Shown one piece after another: positions 1 through 10,053 of a DNA stretch of 64,000 nt. The notes beneath the pieces were generated by a model, which saw nothing but the letters and a program-made list of their open reading frames with translations, was not told the DNA's origin and did no database searches. Each line of letters begins with the position of its first letter. The first letter of the stretch is position 1. The position numbers were made by a program, and so were the translations under genes. The DNA is from an uncultured Gammaproteobacteria bacterium (GTDB lineage Bacteria > Pseudomonadota > Gammaproteobacteria > JACCXJ01). The stretch lies in NCBI GenBank assembly GCA_963764725.1, contig CAVXTM010000018.1:640001-704000 (forward strand). Reading direction: 5' to 3'.

Positions 1-63
1 GAAAAAGGGTTCGTAGTGATTGAACTTGGTGCATTTCATGAGACCATACCAGAACCGCTGCTC

Positions 64-946
64 ATGCTACCACTTGACGTTCTCGCTACCTATGGTCTCT
101 TCACTGCGTCGATCGCAGCTCTCTGGTTTCGGTTATCGGACGCGGCCTTACGCTGGGCTAGCCGCTGTCTGGTTACTTCCGTTTCTGGCGTCGCTGGCGG
201 TAGGCTTTGGGGCCGGCTTTGTCACAACCGTTGCATTACCGTTTATCGCCGTCTTTTTTTTTACCGCCTATATTGTAGGTACTGATCGGGCGGTACCCTA
301 CCAACGCCGTGCCGCCATTGTTGCCATCATCGTCTTGTCGGCCGGCTTTATGACGCATGTCGTGCCGGGATTTGCCAATTACAAGGTCATTTCCGATGTG
401 ACCTTCAGCCCCGGGGCGTTACCTTACAGCCAATATTTTAACTACGACAAAGCGCTGATTGGGTTAGCCCTCGTTGCGTTTTGTGTTCCGGTGTGTAGGG
501 AGAGATCACACTGGGGGGCTATGCTCACGGCAACCCTACCTTGGAGCTTGCTTGTCTTTATCGTGGTTCTCTCCTTAGCGATCCTGATCGGGTATGTCCG
601 GTTCGATCCTAAATTCCCGCCGGAGTTCTTTCTATGGGCGTGGATTAATCTGTTCTTTACCTGCATTCCTGAAGAGGCACTGTTTCGAGGCTTTGTGCAA
701 CAGGGTCTGCAGGACCGTCTACGCGGCTCCCGCCATGGGGAGCTGATCGCATTGACTGTAGCCTCCATTCTATTCGGCATCGCGCATTTCGCCGGCGGCT
801 TACGCTATATTTTCCTGGCGACGGTGGCGGGCTTCGGCTATGGCTGGATTTATCAACGGACTCGCGCAATTGAGTCGAGCATACTGGTGCATTTCATGGT
901 CAATGCGCTGCACTTTGTCTTTTTCACCTATCCGGCCTTAAAGTAA
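64..946 (+). CDS. CPBP (CAAX/Abi) family intramembrane glutamic endopeptidase, apparent frameshift near 150
   Basis: EE-x-x-FRG (PEEALFRG), FGIAH and HFMVN motifs in ORF 20..946. A plausible hydrophobic N-terminus (MLPLDVLATYGLFTASIAALWF) starts at ATG 64 in a different frame. Confidence 0.85.
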
Positions 947-1335
947 CGGGAAGCGAAATGACGACGGTGAAAATGGATCCGGCATCGATGCGGCTTTCTA
1001 CACTGATCGTGCCGTTCATCAGTTCACAGAAAAACTTGCTGATAGCAAGATATTCGATCTCCTTCAGGGCCTGCTATTCTCTTCGCCAGCGACCTTGATC
1101 ATCTCGTTCGCCTGTTTTAGTCTGTGCGCTCGCGGCTGAGCGAGCGACGCGGCGGCATTGGTTTCCTTGTCGCCGTACGCTAACCACACATATACCTCCA
1201 CGGCCACGGTGGATGCCGAGCTGCCCAACGCTTGGCAGGTTGCTCGCGTGCTCAGGCGAGTGCGCGGCTTGCACGGCGGGCCTCGCGAAGGTGTAGGACC
1301 CATCAGCCGACCGAACCATCGTAGAAGAGGTTTGC

Positions 1336-1842
1336 ATGCAGGTACTCGTCGTTCGTCACGCCATCGCCGAGCAGCAAAAGGAGTTCGCGCGCACCGGGAA
1401 AGACGACTCTCAGCGTCCTCTCACGGATGATGGGCGCAGGAAGATGCGGCGCGGCGCGGCCGGGCTGCGGGCAGTTGCGCCGGCGATCAACGTCCTCGCG
1501 ACGAGCCCGCTCCTCCGCGCCGTTCAGACGGCGGAGATCCTTGCTGTGGTCTACAACGGGCGGAACATAGTCACGGTGAGGGAGCTCTCCCCCGACAGCG
1601 AGTTCCCCCCGTTCCTCCGGTGGTTGCGCACGCAGAATGCCGGCGGCACGATCGGGATCGTGGGGCACGAGCCGCATCTCTCGGGTCTCACGAGCTGGCT
1701 GTTGACTGGGCGCAAACCGTCGTTCATCTCCCTCAAGAAGGGTGCAGCGTGCCTGCTGGAGTTCCGGGAGCAGCCAAAAGCCGGCGCAGCGACCCTCGTG
1801 TGGGCACTCACCCCGTCCCAGCTTAGGCAACTCGGAGCGTAG
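1336..1842 (+). CDS. sixA: Phosphohistidine phosphatase SixA (histidine phosphatase family)
   Basis: VRHA catalytic motif, RPLT..G, TSPLLRAVQTA, VGHEP, LKKG; GAGG RBS. Confidence 0.9.
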   Translation: MQVLVVRHAIAEQQKEFARTGKDDSQRPLTDDGRRKMRRGAAGLRAVAPAINVLATSPLLRAVQTAEILAVVYNGRNIVTVRELSPDSEFPPFLRWLRTQNAGGTIGIVGHEPHLSGLTSWLLTGRKPSFISLKKGAACLLEFREQPKAGAATLVWALTPSQLRQLGA

Positions 1843-1846
1843 GGCG

Positions 1847-2119
1847 GTGGATCTCCCCGGTGTGCTCCTCGAAAACCTAACGTGGATCGAGGCAAGGGAT
1901 CGGCTCTCCGCCGACACTGTGGTGGTCATCGCACTCGGTGCCGCAGCGAAGGAACACGGGCCTCATCTCAAGCTAGCGAACGATTGGATCATGGCCGAGT
2001 ACTTCAAACGCCGGGTCATGGAGCGCGCCGATGTTGTTGTCGGAGGAAAGAGAACAACATTGTCCGGGATCTCGACGGTGCCAGGTGGGACCAAGATCGT
2101 TTTTGTTCGTTTTTTGTGA
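1847..2119 (+). pseudogene. Creatininase-family protein, N-terminal fragment
   Basis: LENLTWIEA..VVVIALGAAAKEHGPHL..ND motif; similarity ends near 2040 after about 65 aa. Confidence 0.75.
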
Positions 2120-2134
2120 GCTACAATCAGGATC

Positions 2135-3331
2135 ATGCCAGTCAAGCAAGTCCTCACCGAAAGCCGCGTCCCGGTCAAGCTCTATACCGACGAGATCGAG
2201 GGCTCGGCGCGCCAGCAGCTCTTGAACATCGCGACCTTGCCCTTCGTGCATCACCATGTCGCGGCGATGGCCGATGTGCATACCGGGATCGGGGCCACGG
2301 TCGGGTCCGTGATCGCCACCCATCGGGCTATCATCCCGGCCGCGGTAGGGGTGGACATCGGCTGCGGCATGATGGCCGCGCGCCTGTCGCTCATGGCCGA
2401 TGCGCTCGATGAGAAACGCTTGCAACTCGTATTCAATCAGATCGGTCGCGACGTGCCGGTCGGCCGCGGCCAGCACCGCGAGGAGCGGGCGTCCGGCGAG
2501 GCGGCGCGGGCGTTAGAACCTCTGCTCCGTGGCATCCTCGAAAAGCACCCGGGGGTCCGGAAAGCCTGCGGCAAGTCCACGAACTGGGTCCTGCAGATGG
2601 GAACGCTCGGGGGCGGCAATCACTTCATCGAGATCTGTCTCGACGAGGACGGGCGGGTGTGGGTGATGCTGCACTCGGGCAGCCGCGGGATCGGCAACGC
2701 CATCGGCACCTATTTCATCGATCTCGCCCGGCGCGACATGGAGCGCTGGTTCATCCAACTCCCGGACCGTGACCTCGCCTATCTGTCCGAGGGCAGCGAG
2801 CACTTCGAGGACTACATCGAGGCCGTGGGCTTTGCGCAGGCCTATGCGGCACGGAACCGCCAGGCGATGATGACGCTCATCCTGGCGGCGTTAGAGAGAC
2901 ACCTGCCGCCTTTCGAGGTCACCTCGGAGGCGGTGAACTGCCACCACAACTATGTCGAGCGCGAGCATCATTTCGGCGCCGACGTATGGGTGACCCGCAA
3001 GGGCGCCATCCGGGCCAGGTGCGGCGATCTCGGGATCATCCCCGGCAGTATGGGCGCCAAGTCCTACATCGTACGCGGCAAGGGCGCCGCGGACAGCTTC
3101 CAGTCCTGCGCCCACGGCGCCGGCCGGCGCATGAGCCGGAGGGCGGCCATGAAGTCCTTCACCCGCGAGGACCTCGCGCGCCAGACCGAGGGTGTCGTGT
3201 GCCGCAAGGACGAGGGCGTCATCGACGAGATCCCCGGGGCCTACAAGAACATCGACACGGTGATGGAGAACCAGCGCGATCTCGTCGAGGTGGTGCACAC
3301 GTTGAAGCAGGTGGTGTGCGTGAAGGGCTGA
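2135..3331 (+). CDS. rtcB: RtcB family RNA ligase
   Basis: MADVHTG, VGVDIGCG, GTLGGGNHFIE, HSGSRG, HHNY, PGSMG, HGAGR, DEIPGAYK, C-terminal VKG. Confidence 0.95.
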   Translation: MPVKQVLTESRVPVKLYTDEIEGSARQQLLNIATLPFVHHHVAAMADVHTGIGATVGSVIATHRAIIPAAVGVDIGCGMMAARLSLMADALDEKRLQLVFNQIGRDVPVGRGQHREERASGEAARALEPLLRGILEKHPGVRKACGKSTNWVLQMGTLGGGNHFIEICLDEDGRVWVMLHSGSRGIGNAIGTYFIDLARRDMERWFIQLPDRDLAYLSEGSEHFEDYIEAVGFAQAYAARNRQAMMTLILAALERHLPPFEVTSEAVNCHHNYVEREHHFGADVWVTRKGAIRARCGDLGIIPGSMGAKSYIVRGKGAADSFQSCAHGAGRRMSRRAAMKSFTREDLARQTEGVVCRKDEGVIDEIPGAYKNIDTVMENQRDLVEVVHTLKQVVCVKG

Positions 3332-3438
3332 CCGCCACGCTGCCCCACGCCGGAGGCTCTGCTTGCTTCCAGCAACGCGTAGCTACTGAGAGGTTTTGCA
3401 AGTGCGGGGTTCATACCCCGCCCGCGAAGTATATTGAT

Positions 3439-3981
3439 TTACGCCACCCACTTGATGGAACAGCCGATACTCGGAAAAATCTCACCGGGGAGCTGCCCCC
3501 GGCCGAGCGCGGCGAGGACTGCGTTCTCCAGGCTTTTCTCTTTTACTGCTTCCGGATTCTGCCAGTTGTCGTTGATCCGGCCGTGATAATACAGTGCTCC
3601 ATCCTTGAAAAGATATGGGTCCGGCGTACACTCGGCTCCGTAGGCGCTCGCCGCTTTCTGGTCTCCGTCGAAGAGATACGGAAAATTTAATCCGATGGAC
3701 TCTGCATAGGGTTTCATCGCCTCGAACCTGTCGTCGGGATACGCCGGGTTGTTGTTGGGATTCACCGCAACGGCCTGGAATCCGTCTTTTGCGTAACGCT
3801 TTTGGAGATCGATCAAGGTGGGCCACGAGGCCTTGGCATACGGACAATGATTGCACGTGAAAACAACAAGAAGGAGGTTGTCTCTGTAGTCCAGGATATT
3901 CACGGACCTGCCGTCAACATCCGGCAGCGTGAAGGGAATGAGCGCAGTGCCTGCCGGCATGGCCTTTGACTTAACCGCCAT
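3439..3981 (-). CDS. Thioredoxin-family (AhpC/TSA-like) protein
   Basis: FTCNHCPY, NFPYLFD, YGAECTPD, YHGRIND, SIGCSIKW. Confidence 0.9.
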   Translation of the reverse strand: MAVKSKAMPAGTALIPFTLPDVDGRSVNILDYRDNLLLVVFTCNHCPYAKASWPTLIDLQKRYAKDGFQAVAVNPNNNPAYPDDRFEAMKPYAESIGLNFPYLFDGDQKAASAYGAECTPDPYLFKDGALYYHGRINDNWQNPEAVKEKSLENAVLAALGRGQLPGEIFPSIGCSIKWVA

Positions 3982-4324
3982 ATCAATACCCCGCTTTCTG
4001 AAAATGCCTGTTCGAGCGCAATGGAACTTCCGCGGAACCGCCGCCGCTCCGCGGCATCGGTGAAGAGTCCGTCCGAACCGAGTCGGCGCAGAGCCTCTGT
4101 CACTTCGTATTCAATGTGTAATGGTATGCGATCAAGCCTGCTTTATGCACCGGGGCTCTGTCAAATTGGCAAACATTCATGCACCATGATCGCATGCACG
4201 AGCTTATTAGTGATCGCGGTTACCGCTACCCGCCGGAAGTCATTAGCTCCCGGAAATATACGTTTCCGTATCCATCAATTTGACAGAACCCATCCGGCAG
4301 ATTACTCACACAACGGAGGACCTT

Positions 4325-5800
4325 ATGGCTCGACAACACGATCCCGAAGGGCGCCGCCTGCCCATCAAGCTCGATACCACCACCAACGGCGAATTTGCAC
4401 CCATACCGCTGGCGCGGGTGCATCACCAAGCGCGCCGACTCGCGTCCGATCTCTCGACCGAGAACGCCAAACGCCGAGGTGTTTCGCGTCGATCTTTTCT
4501 CGTCTCGGCCTGCGGCGCGGCTTCGACCTTGCTGGCGATGAACGCGGCCTATGCGGCCGCCGGGCGCAGCGGCGGATTCTATGAGCTTGCCGACGCGGCC
4601 GCGGTGGATCCTGAGATCGCGACTGCGGCCTTGGAGGGCAATGAGTTTATTTTCGACGTGCAAGGACACTTCGTGAACCCGGACGGCGCCTGGCTCAAGC
4701 AACTGCCCCCGGATGCAAAGCCGCTTTCCAGCTTCGAGAAGTCGGCCTGCGCGCTCGCGGCCGAGCCGGGCAAACGCAGCTACCTGCAGTGCTTAAACTC
4801 GGACGAATTCATCAAGGACGTCTTCATGGATTCGGACACGGACATGATGGTGCTTTCTTTCGTGCCCTCGCGCCGCGCCGCCGAACCGCTCACCATCGAA
4901 GAGGCCGCCGCCACCGCCGGAATCGTCGAACGCATGGAGGGAACGCACCGGTTGCTCATACACGGGCGCGTGAACCCCAATCAGGACGGCGACATGCAGG
5001 GCATGGACGAGCTGGCCGAGCGCTGGAAAGTTTCTGCCTGGAAGACCTACACCCAGTGGGGGCCGGACGGCAAAGGCTATTTTCTAAGCGACGACATCGG
5101 CCTCGCCTTCATCGACAAGGCGCGCAAGCTCGGCATCAAGAATATCTGCGTGCACAAGGGCATTCCATTCGGCAGACAATCTTATGAGCACTCGCTGTGC
5201 AATGACATAGGCCAAGTCGCGAAGCGCTATCCCGATGTCAATTTTCTGATCTACCACTCGGGGTTTGTGCCCGGCCAACCCGAAGGTCCATACGATCCGG
5301 CGCGCAACGAAGGCATCGATTCGTTGATCAAGACCGTCGTCGAGAACGCCGTGCCGCGGAACAGCAACGTGTATGCGGAGCTCGGCAGCACCTGGCGCCT
5401 GCTCATGCGCGATCCGCAAAGCGCTACGCATGCGCTGGGCAAGCTGTTCAGATACATCGGCGAGGACAACGTGCTGTGGGGTACGGATTCTATTTGGTAC
5501 GGCTCGCCGCAGGATCAGATCCAAGCGTTCCGGACTTTTCAGATTTCGGAGCAGCTTCGTGAAAAACACGGCTACCCCGAAATTACGCCCAACCTCCGGG
5601 CCAAGGTTTTCGGATTGAACGCGATGAAGCCTTACCGCATCAGCGCGGACGAGATGAAACGGCACACGACGCATGACCGCATCGCCAATGACCGAATCGC
5701 CTACCGGGAAGCGCCGAACCCGCACTTTCGCACGCATGGGCCGAGAACGCGCCGCGAATTTTTGAATCTTTTGGCGTGGAACGGCGGGCAGCGACTTTGA
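4325..5800 (+). CDS. Amidohydrolase_2 family metallo-hydrolase with internal twin-arginine-like segment
   Basis: DVQGH, CVHKG, IYHSG, LWGTD motifs; SRRSFL followed by a hydrophobic stretch; GGAGGA RBS before ATG 4325. Confidence 0.85.
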   Translation: MARQHDPEGRRLPIKLDTTTNGEFAPIPLARVHHQARRLASDLSTENAKRRGVSRRSFLVSACGAASTLLAMNAAYAAAGRSGGFYELADAAAVDPEIATAALEGNEFIFDVQGHFVNPDGAWLKQLPPDAKPLSSFEKSACALAAEPGKRSYLQCLNSDEFIKDVFMDSDTDMMVLSFVPSRRAAEPLTIEEAAATAGIVERMEGTHRLLIHGRVNPNQDGDMQGMDELAERWKVSAWKTYTQWGPDGKGYFLSDDIGLAFIDKARKLGIKNICVHKGIPFGRQSYEHSLCNDIGQVAKRYPDVNFLIYHSGFVPGQPEGPYDPARNEGIDSLIKTVVENAVPRNSNVYAELGSTWRLLMRDPQSATHALGKLFRYIGEDNVLWGTDSIWYGSPQDQIQAFRTFQISEQLREKHGYPEITPNLRAKVFGLNAMKPYRISADEMKRHTTHDRIANDRIAYREAPNPHFRTHGPRTRREFLNLLAWNGGQRL

Positions 5801-5979
5801 TTCCGAAGCATCGGCGAAAAGCAATGGCGCGAAATGGCACCTCCCCGCGCCTTACCATGTCAGTAGCGACATTCCCAGTGCTGATGTGTTTATCTATCCG
5901 CAGAAGCGTACCCAAAGGATTTTCCCCGCGTTAGATGAACACTCGTTCGGTTTCTCATCCGGAGAGAGCGGGATAGGGG

Positions 5980-7497
5980 ATGAACCAGATCGCCGGAGCA
6001 GAGGCTCCGGAGCCAGTCTCGCTTGTTCGCCAGCTTGCCGACCAAGCGTTCTCAAGGGCTGCCGGTGCGCTGCTCATTCCAGGCAACAGCGTACACCTCT
6101 TGAAAGATGCACAGGAGAACTATCCGGCGTGGTTGCAGGCGATTGCTTCCGCCCGGCGAACTATCCACTTCGAGAACTACATCATCCGAGAGGATGACAC
6201 GGGACGCATGTTCGCCGACGCACTGATTGTTAAAGCGCGGGAAGGCGTGCGCGTGCAGCTGATTTACGACTGGATGGGAAATTTCGGCAAGACCTCTCGT
6301 AAGTTCTGGAATCACCTGCGCGAGGGAGGGATCGAAGTCCGTTGCTACAACCCGCCGCGCCTCGATAGTCCACTTGGCTGGCTCTCGCGAGATCACCGCA
6401 AGATGCTGGCGGTAGACACGCAGGTGGCTTTTGTCACGGGCCTGTGCGTCGGCCGAGAGTGGGTGGGCGAGCCTGAAAAGAATCTCGACCCTTGGCGCGA
6501 CACCGGTGTTGAGGTACGCGGTCCGGCGGTCGCCGAAATTGAGCGGGCATTCAAGCAAATTTGGGCGATGACGGGCGAGCCGATACTCGAAACGCATTCA
6601 CTCGGCAAAGAATTAGCCACTCCCGCCGGCGATATCGCCTTACGTGTTGTTGCGAGCGTGCCGAACGCCGCCGGGATGCTTCGCTTGGATCAATTGGTCG
6701 CCACGCTCGCGCACGAGAGGCTATGGTTGACGGATGCTTACTACGCCGGAACCCCATCGTACGTGCAGGCGTTGCGCGCCGCACGCCATCACGGGGTGGA
6801 CGTGAGGTTCTTGGTCCCCGGCGTGACCGACATACCGGTGCTGAGACTGCTATCGAGAGCCGGCTATCGCCCGCTGTTAGAAGCGGGCGTGAGAATATTC
6901 GAGTGGAACGGCTCGATGCTGCACGCAAAGACGGCGGTCGCTGACGGGCGGTGGGCGCGCGTCGGTTCAACTAACCTCAACCTTGCCAGCTGGCTTGGCA
7001 ACTGGGAGTTGGACGTCGTCGTGGAGGACGAAGAGTTCGGACAGCGGATGGAAGAGATGTATCTCGAAGATCTGACGAACGCGACGGAGGTCGTCTTGGA
7101 CGCTAAGCATAGAGTGCGTGCTCCGGGCGCGCCTACACGCGCGCGAGGTGCGATATCGAGCGGGGCAGGAAGTGCGGGACGCGCGGCCGCCGGCGTGTTT
7201 CGCATCGGGAATAGTGTCGGCGCGGCAATGAGCGATCGCCGGGTTCTCGAACCGGTCGAAATGCGCATTATGACTGCCGCTGGCTTGCTGCTTCTAGGCT
7301 TGGCCGTCCTATTTGCACTTTTTCCGCGCCTGCTTGCCTATCCGCTCATCGCCATTATCGTATGGCTCGCAGTAGCGCTGCTCTATAGAGGCTACAAGCT
7401 CAAACGGGAAAGGGGACGAGGCATACCTCATCCAGCGCAAATCACCTTACAACAAGCTGTAGAAGACGCACATGAGGTTGAACGAAAGAAAGAGTAA
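5980..7497 (+). CDS. Cardiolipin synthase (ClsB-like phospholipase D)
   Basis: Two HKD motifs ([18 protein letters not shown]...GSTN); C-terminal transmembrane helices. Confidence 0.9.
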   Translation: MNQIAGAEAPEPVSLVRQLADQAFSRAAGALLIPGNSVHLLKDAQENYPAWLQAIASARRTIHFENYIIREDDTGRMFADALIVKAREGVRVQLIYDWMGNFGKTSRKFWNHLREGGIEVRCYNPPRLDSPLGWLSRDHRKMLAVDTQVAFVTGLCVGREWVGEPEKNLDPWRDTGVEVRGPAVAEIERAFKQIWAMTGEPILETHSLGKELATPAGDIALRVVASVPNAAGMLRLDQLVATLAHERLWLTDAYYAGTPSYVQALRAARHHGVDVRFLVPGVTDIPVLRLLSRAGYRPLLEAGVRIFEWNGSMLHAKTAVADGRWARVGSTNLNLASWLGNWELDVVVEDEEFGQRMEEMYLEDLTNATEVVLDAKHRVRAPGAPTRARGAISSGAGSAGRAAAGVFRIGNSVGAAMSDRRVLEPVEMRIMTAAGLLLLGLAVLFALFPRLLAYPLIAIIVWLAVALLYRGYKLKRERGRGIPHPAQITLQQAVEDAHEVERKKE

Positions 7498-7821
7498 GCA
7501 AAACAGCTGGTGTCTCAGTTGAATTTCGGCTATCGGTCCTATTCTGTTGAAAAACAATTGGTCTGTTATATGCTCAGCGAGCTTGCGCCAGTTCGGTGGT
7601 CTACACTATCACTATCTCAGACAAGCGGCTTGAGATAGGAGCAGCTAGATCGCCCTCCAAACTCGCACGTATGAATTTTCAGGAACGACAAGTTGGAAGA
7701 AGAACGCGACGCCATCGCCGAAATACTTGGATAAACAGACTTCTTGATCTTTAAGCGGATCGTCTTCGGCGTGAGCTTTCGCACTTTACATCACACGGTT
7801 TGGTTAGGAGAAGCGCATCAT

Positions 7822-8169
7822 ATGAATGATTCTTCATCGTTAGAAAAAACATCGACCGATTTACCAGAAGACGCCCTGGGTATCGCAGAAATCGCCGATG
7901 GCATTGTGCAACTTGGCAACGGTCTCGCGTCGATCGCCCATGGAATATCGAAAACCGGACAAATCATAAGGCCTATGCAAGGGTTGTTAGGCGAGTTCTT
8001 CGGCGCGGTCCAAGAAGTTCAAAAGGATCGAATGAAGCTCGGCGGGTTTCTGGGGTTGATCCGCCTTTTACGCGACAAAGACTTTCAACGCACGATCCAG
8101 CTTCTCAAGGTCGTTCCTCTGCTTCTAGATCGCATTACTTCAGCGCAGGCGGCCGGCAAGCCGTCGTAG
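7822..8169 (+). CDS. DUF1641-like protein
   Basis: GFLGLIRLLRDKDFQR motif; AGGAG RBS. Confidence 0.65.
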   Translation: MNDSSSLEKTSTDLPEDALGIAEIADGIVQLGNGLASIAHGISKTGQIIRPMQGLLGEFFGAVQEVQKDRMKLGGFLGLIRLLRDKDFQRTIQLLKVVPLLLDRITSAQAAGKPS

Positions 8170-8245
8170 AGAAACGTACGGACGCGCTTCCTGCAAACTT
8201 TGAATATCATAGCGGCCCATTAGCGCCGCGTTGAGGAGGAGTATC

Positions 8246-8680
8246 ATGCACGTATCGCTTGAACTGGCCGAGCGCGCTGTGGCTGCGGCACAAAAGAAAG
8301 CAGTCGAGCTAAACACTCAAATGTGTATCGCCGTGGTGGATTCGGGATCGAATCTTAAGGCATTTGCCCGGATGGATGATGCCTGGGTTGGGAGCATCGA
8401 CATCGCTATCAAGAAAGCGAAGACCGCGTGCTTTTTCGGCATGCCGACGGGCCAGATCGGAAAGCTCTCGCAACCGGCAGCTCCTTTGTACGGAATCGAG
8501 CATTCTAATGACGGATTGATCACTTTTCCAGGTGGACTACCGATTGTGGACCAAGACGGAGTATTAATCGGAGGAATCGGCGTCAGTGGTAGCTCGGTCG
8601 AGAATGACCACCTCGTAGCGCTTGCGGGTGTGCAGCTCATCGGTGTATCCGACCTGCCTGCGCACCCCTGGCGTACATAA
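8246..8680 (+). CDS. GlcG/HbpS family heme-binding protein
   Basis: [32 protein letters not shown]...D; GAGGAG RBS. Confidence 0.9.
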   Translation: MHVSLELAERAVAAAQKKAVELNTQMCIAVVDSGSNLKAFARMDDAWVGSIDIAIKKAKTACFFGMPTGQIGKLSQPAAPLYGIEHSNDGLITFPGGLPIVDQDGVLIGGIGVSGSSVENDHLVALAGVQLIGVSDLPAHPWRT

Positions 8681-8768
8681 CGGGGCGAGTGTCCACCGCG
8701 GACATGGATGATATGCAGTTGTCCGCGTTTTGCGATATAAGACATAACGTTTGCAAGGATTAAATGAC

Positions 8769-9035
8769 ATGAAGATCCGTATCGATATTGAGGCTACCCC
8801 AGCCGAGGTACGCGAGTTTTTTGGCCTACCTAACCTGAAGCAATTGCAGGAGGGGCTCGTTGACTCGATATCTGAGCACATGAAAAAGGGAACTGCAGGT
8901 TTCGACCCGTTTACCGTCATGAAGTCTGTATGGCCGACACAACTGCAAACAATCGAAGCGCTACAGAACGCGTTTGTGGATAGCATCAAGGCCAGTGCAC
9001 CGACTACCGAGAAAAAGGGCGGTGGCGGACGTTAG
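8769..9035 (+). CDS. DUF6489-like small protein
   Basis: MKIRIDIEATPAEVREFFGLPNL..LQ N-terminal signature. Confidence 0.75.
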   Translation: MKIRIDIEATPAEVREFFGLPNLKQLQEGLVDSISEHMKKGTAGFDPFTVMKSVWPTQLQTIEALQNAFVDSIKASAPTTEKKGGGGR

Positions 9036-9121
9036 CGCGGACCGCGCCGCATTGATTGAAAGGCAATAAGCTCGCATAATCTCGCGACGATTAACAGACG
9101 AACCATTCGAAAGGAGACGGT

Positions 9122-9511
9122 GTGGCTAAACTTCCGATTCGGCTCAAGCGCAACATTGAGGAGCCCCTCAAGGCGCAAGTGGTGCGGCAGATAAGCGAAA
9201 TTATCAAAAGTGCTAAGCTTAAACCCGGGGCGGCGCTGCCCTCGACCCAATCGCTCGGTGCGCAACTCGGTATTAGCCGGGAAACGGTGAGACGAGCTTA
9301 TGTGCGGCTTCGGGAAGCGAAGCTGATAGAGCTTGAGGAAAAGCAGGGGTACCAGGTGCGGGGCAGCAGCGCGAGACGGATCCCGGCGGTCAAAACGCCC
9401 CCGGCAATGAAAGCGCATCCGGGTCTCAAAAGCGACTCGGTAGGGCGCATCGGCGGTGCTGCGAACCTAGACTCGAGCGCCTGGCCGGCGCGATCGAATC
9501 GGGGATCCTGA
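9122..9511 (+). CDS. GntR-family winged-helix regulator (DNA-binding domain only)
   Basis: LKPGAALPS..LGAQLGISRETVRRAY..L..G; AAGGAG RBS before GTG. Confidence 0.8.
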   Translation: MAKLPIRLKRNIEEPLKAQVVRQISEIIKSAKLKPGAALPSTQSLGAQLGISRETVRRAYVRLREAKLIELEEKQGYQVRGSSARRIPAVKTPPAMKAHPGLKSDSVGRIGGAANLDSSAWPARSNRGS

Positions 9512-9634
9512 AGGTGCCGTTGCCACTCGCCTGGTAGGCGGCCGTGCTCCGTGGATCGTTTCGGTTGGGGAACGTGACCTCGACAGGTAGGCGGCACGCA
9601 CCCCGGCGGGTTGCTCCACGATAAGTAAGCTCGT

Positions 9635-9913
9635 TTATCGAGGCGCCTTCGTCTCGCCGTTCAGATACCACAGGATCATTGCGACATTGGCAATATCCAC
9701 CTCTTGGCCGGTCGGCGAGAGGGCCTGATCGCGAAGTCGATTAGCGAGAGCCCGGTAATTCTCTTTCTGGTTCCAACCCCGCAGGCCCTTGATCGCTTTT
9801 TCGGCGAATCTCGCTTTCATCTCGATGGCGAATTCATCCACGGCCGCGTGCAGCCCCACGATCTCTTCGCGGATGGCCGGATCAACCGAGTTCAATAGCG
9901 TGTTAAATTCCAT
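9635..9913 (-). CDS. Small all-alpha hypothetical protein of phage-associated type
   Basis: FA.EMKA.F..K..KG.RGW...EVDIANVAMILW pattern; GAGG RBS before ATG 9913. Confidence 0.55.
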   Translation of the reverse strand: MEFNTLLNSVDPAIREEIVGLHAAVDEFAIEMKARFAEKAIKGLRGWNQKENYRALANRLRDQALSPTGQEVDIANVAMILWYLNGETKAPR

Positions 9914-10053
9914 ACGCAACCCCTCAGCCCAGTGCGAGTAGTTCGGTACTTGAATACCAAGCCGCCCTTGCGACCCCCTGAACATTATAAGCTGTACCGA
10001 CCGGGCGTTTCTCACCCCCACCCAGCATGCCTGGCCTCTAACGTGACGCGCGC

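Noticed and set aside
7539-7555. CTATTCTGTTGAAAAAC, resembling an IS terminal repeat
   Set aside because: Single short end with no partner or transposase nearby.
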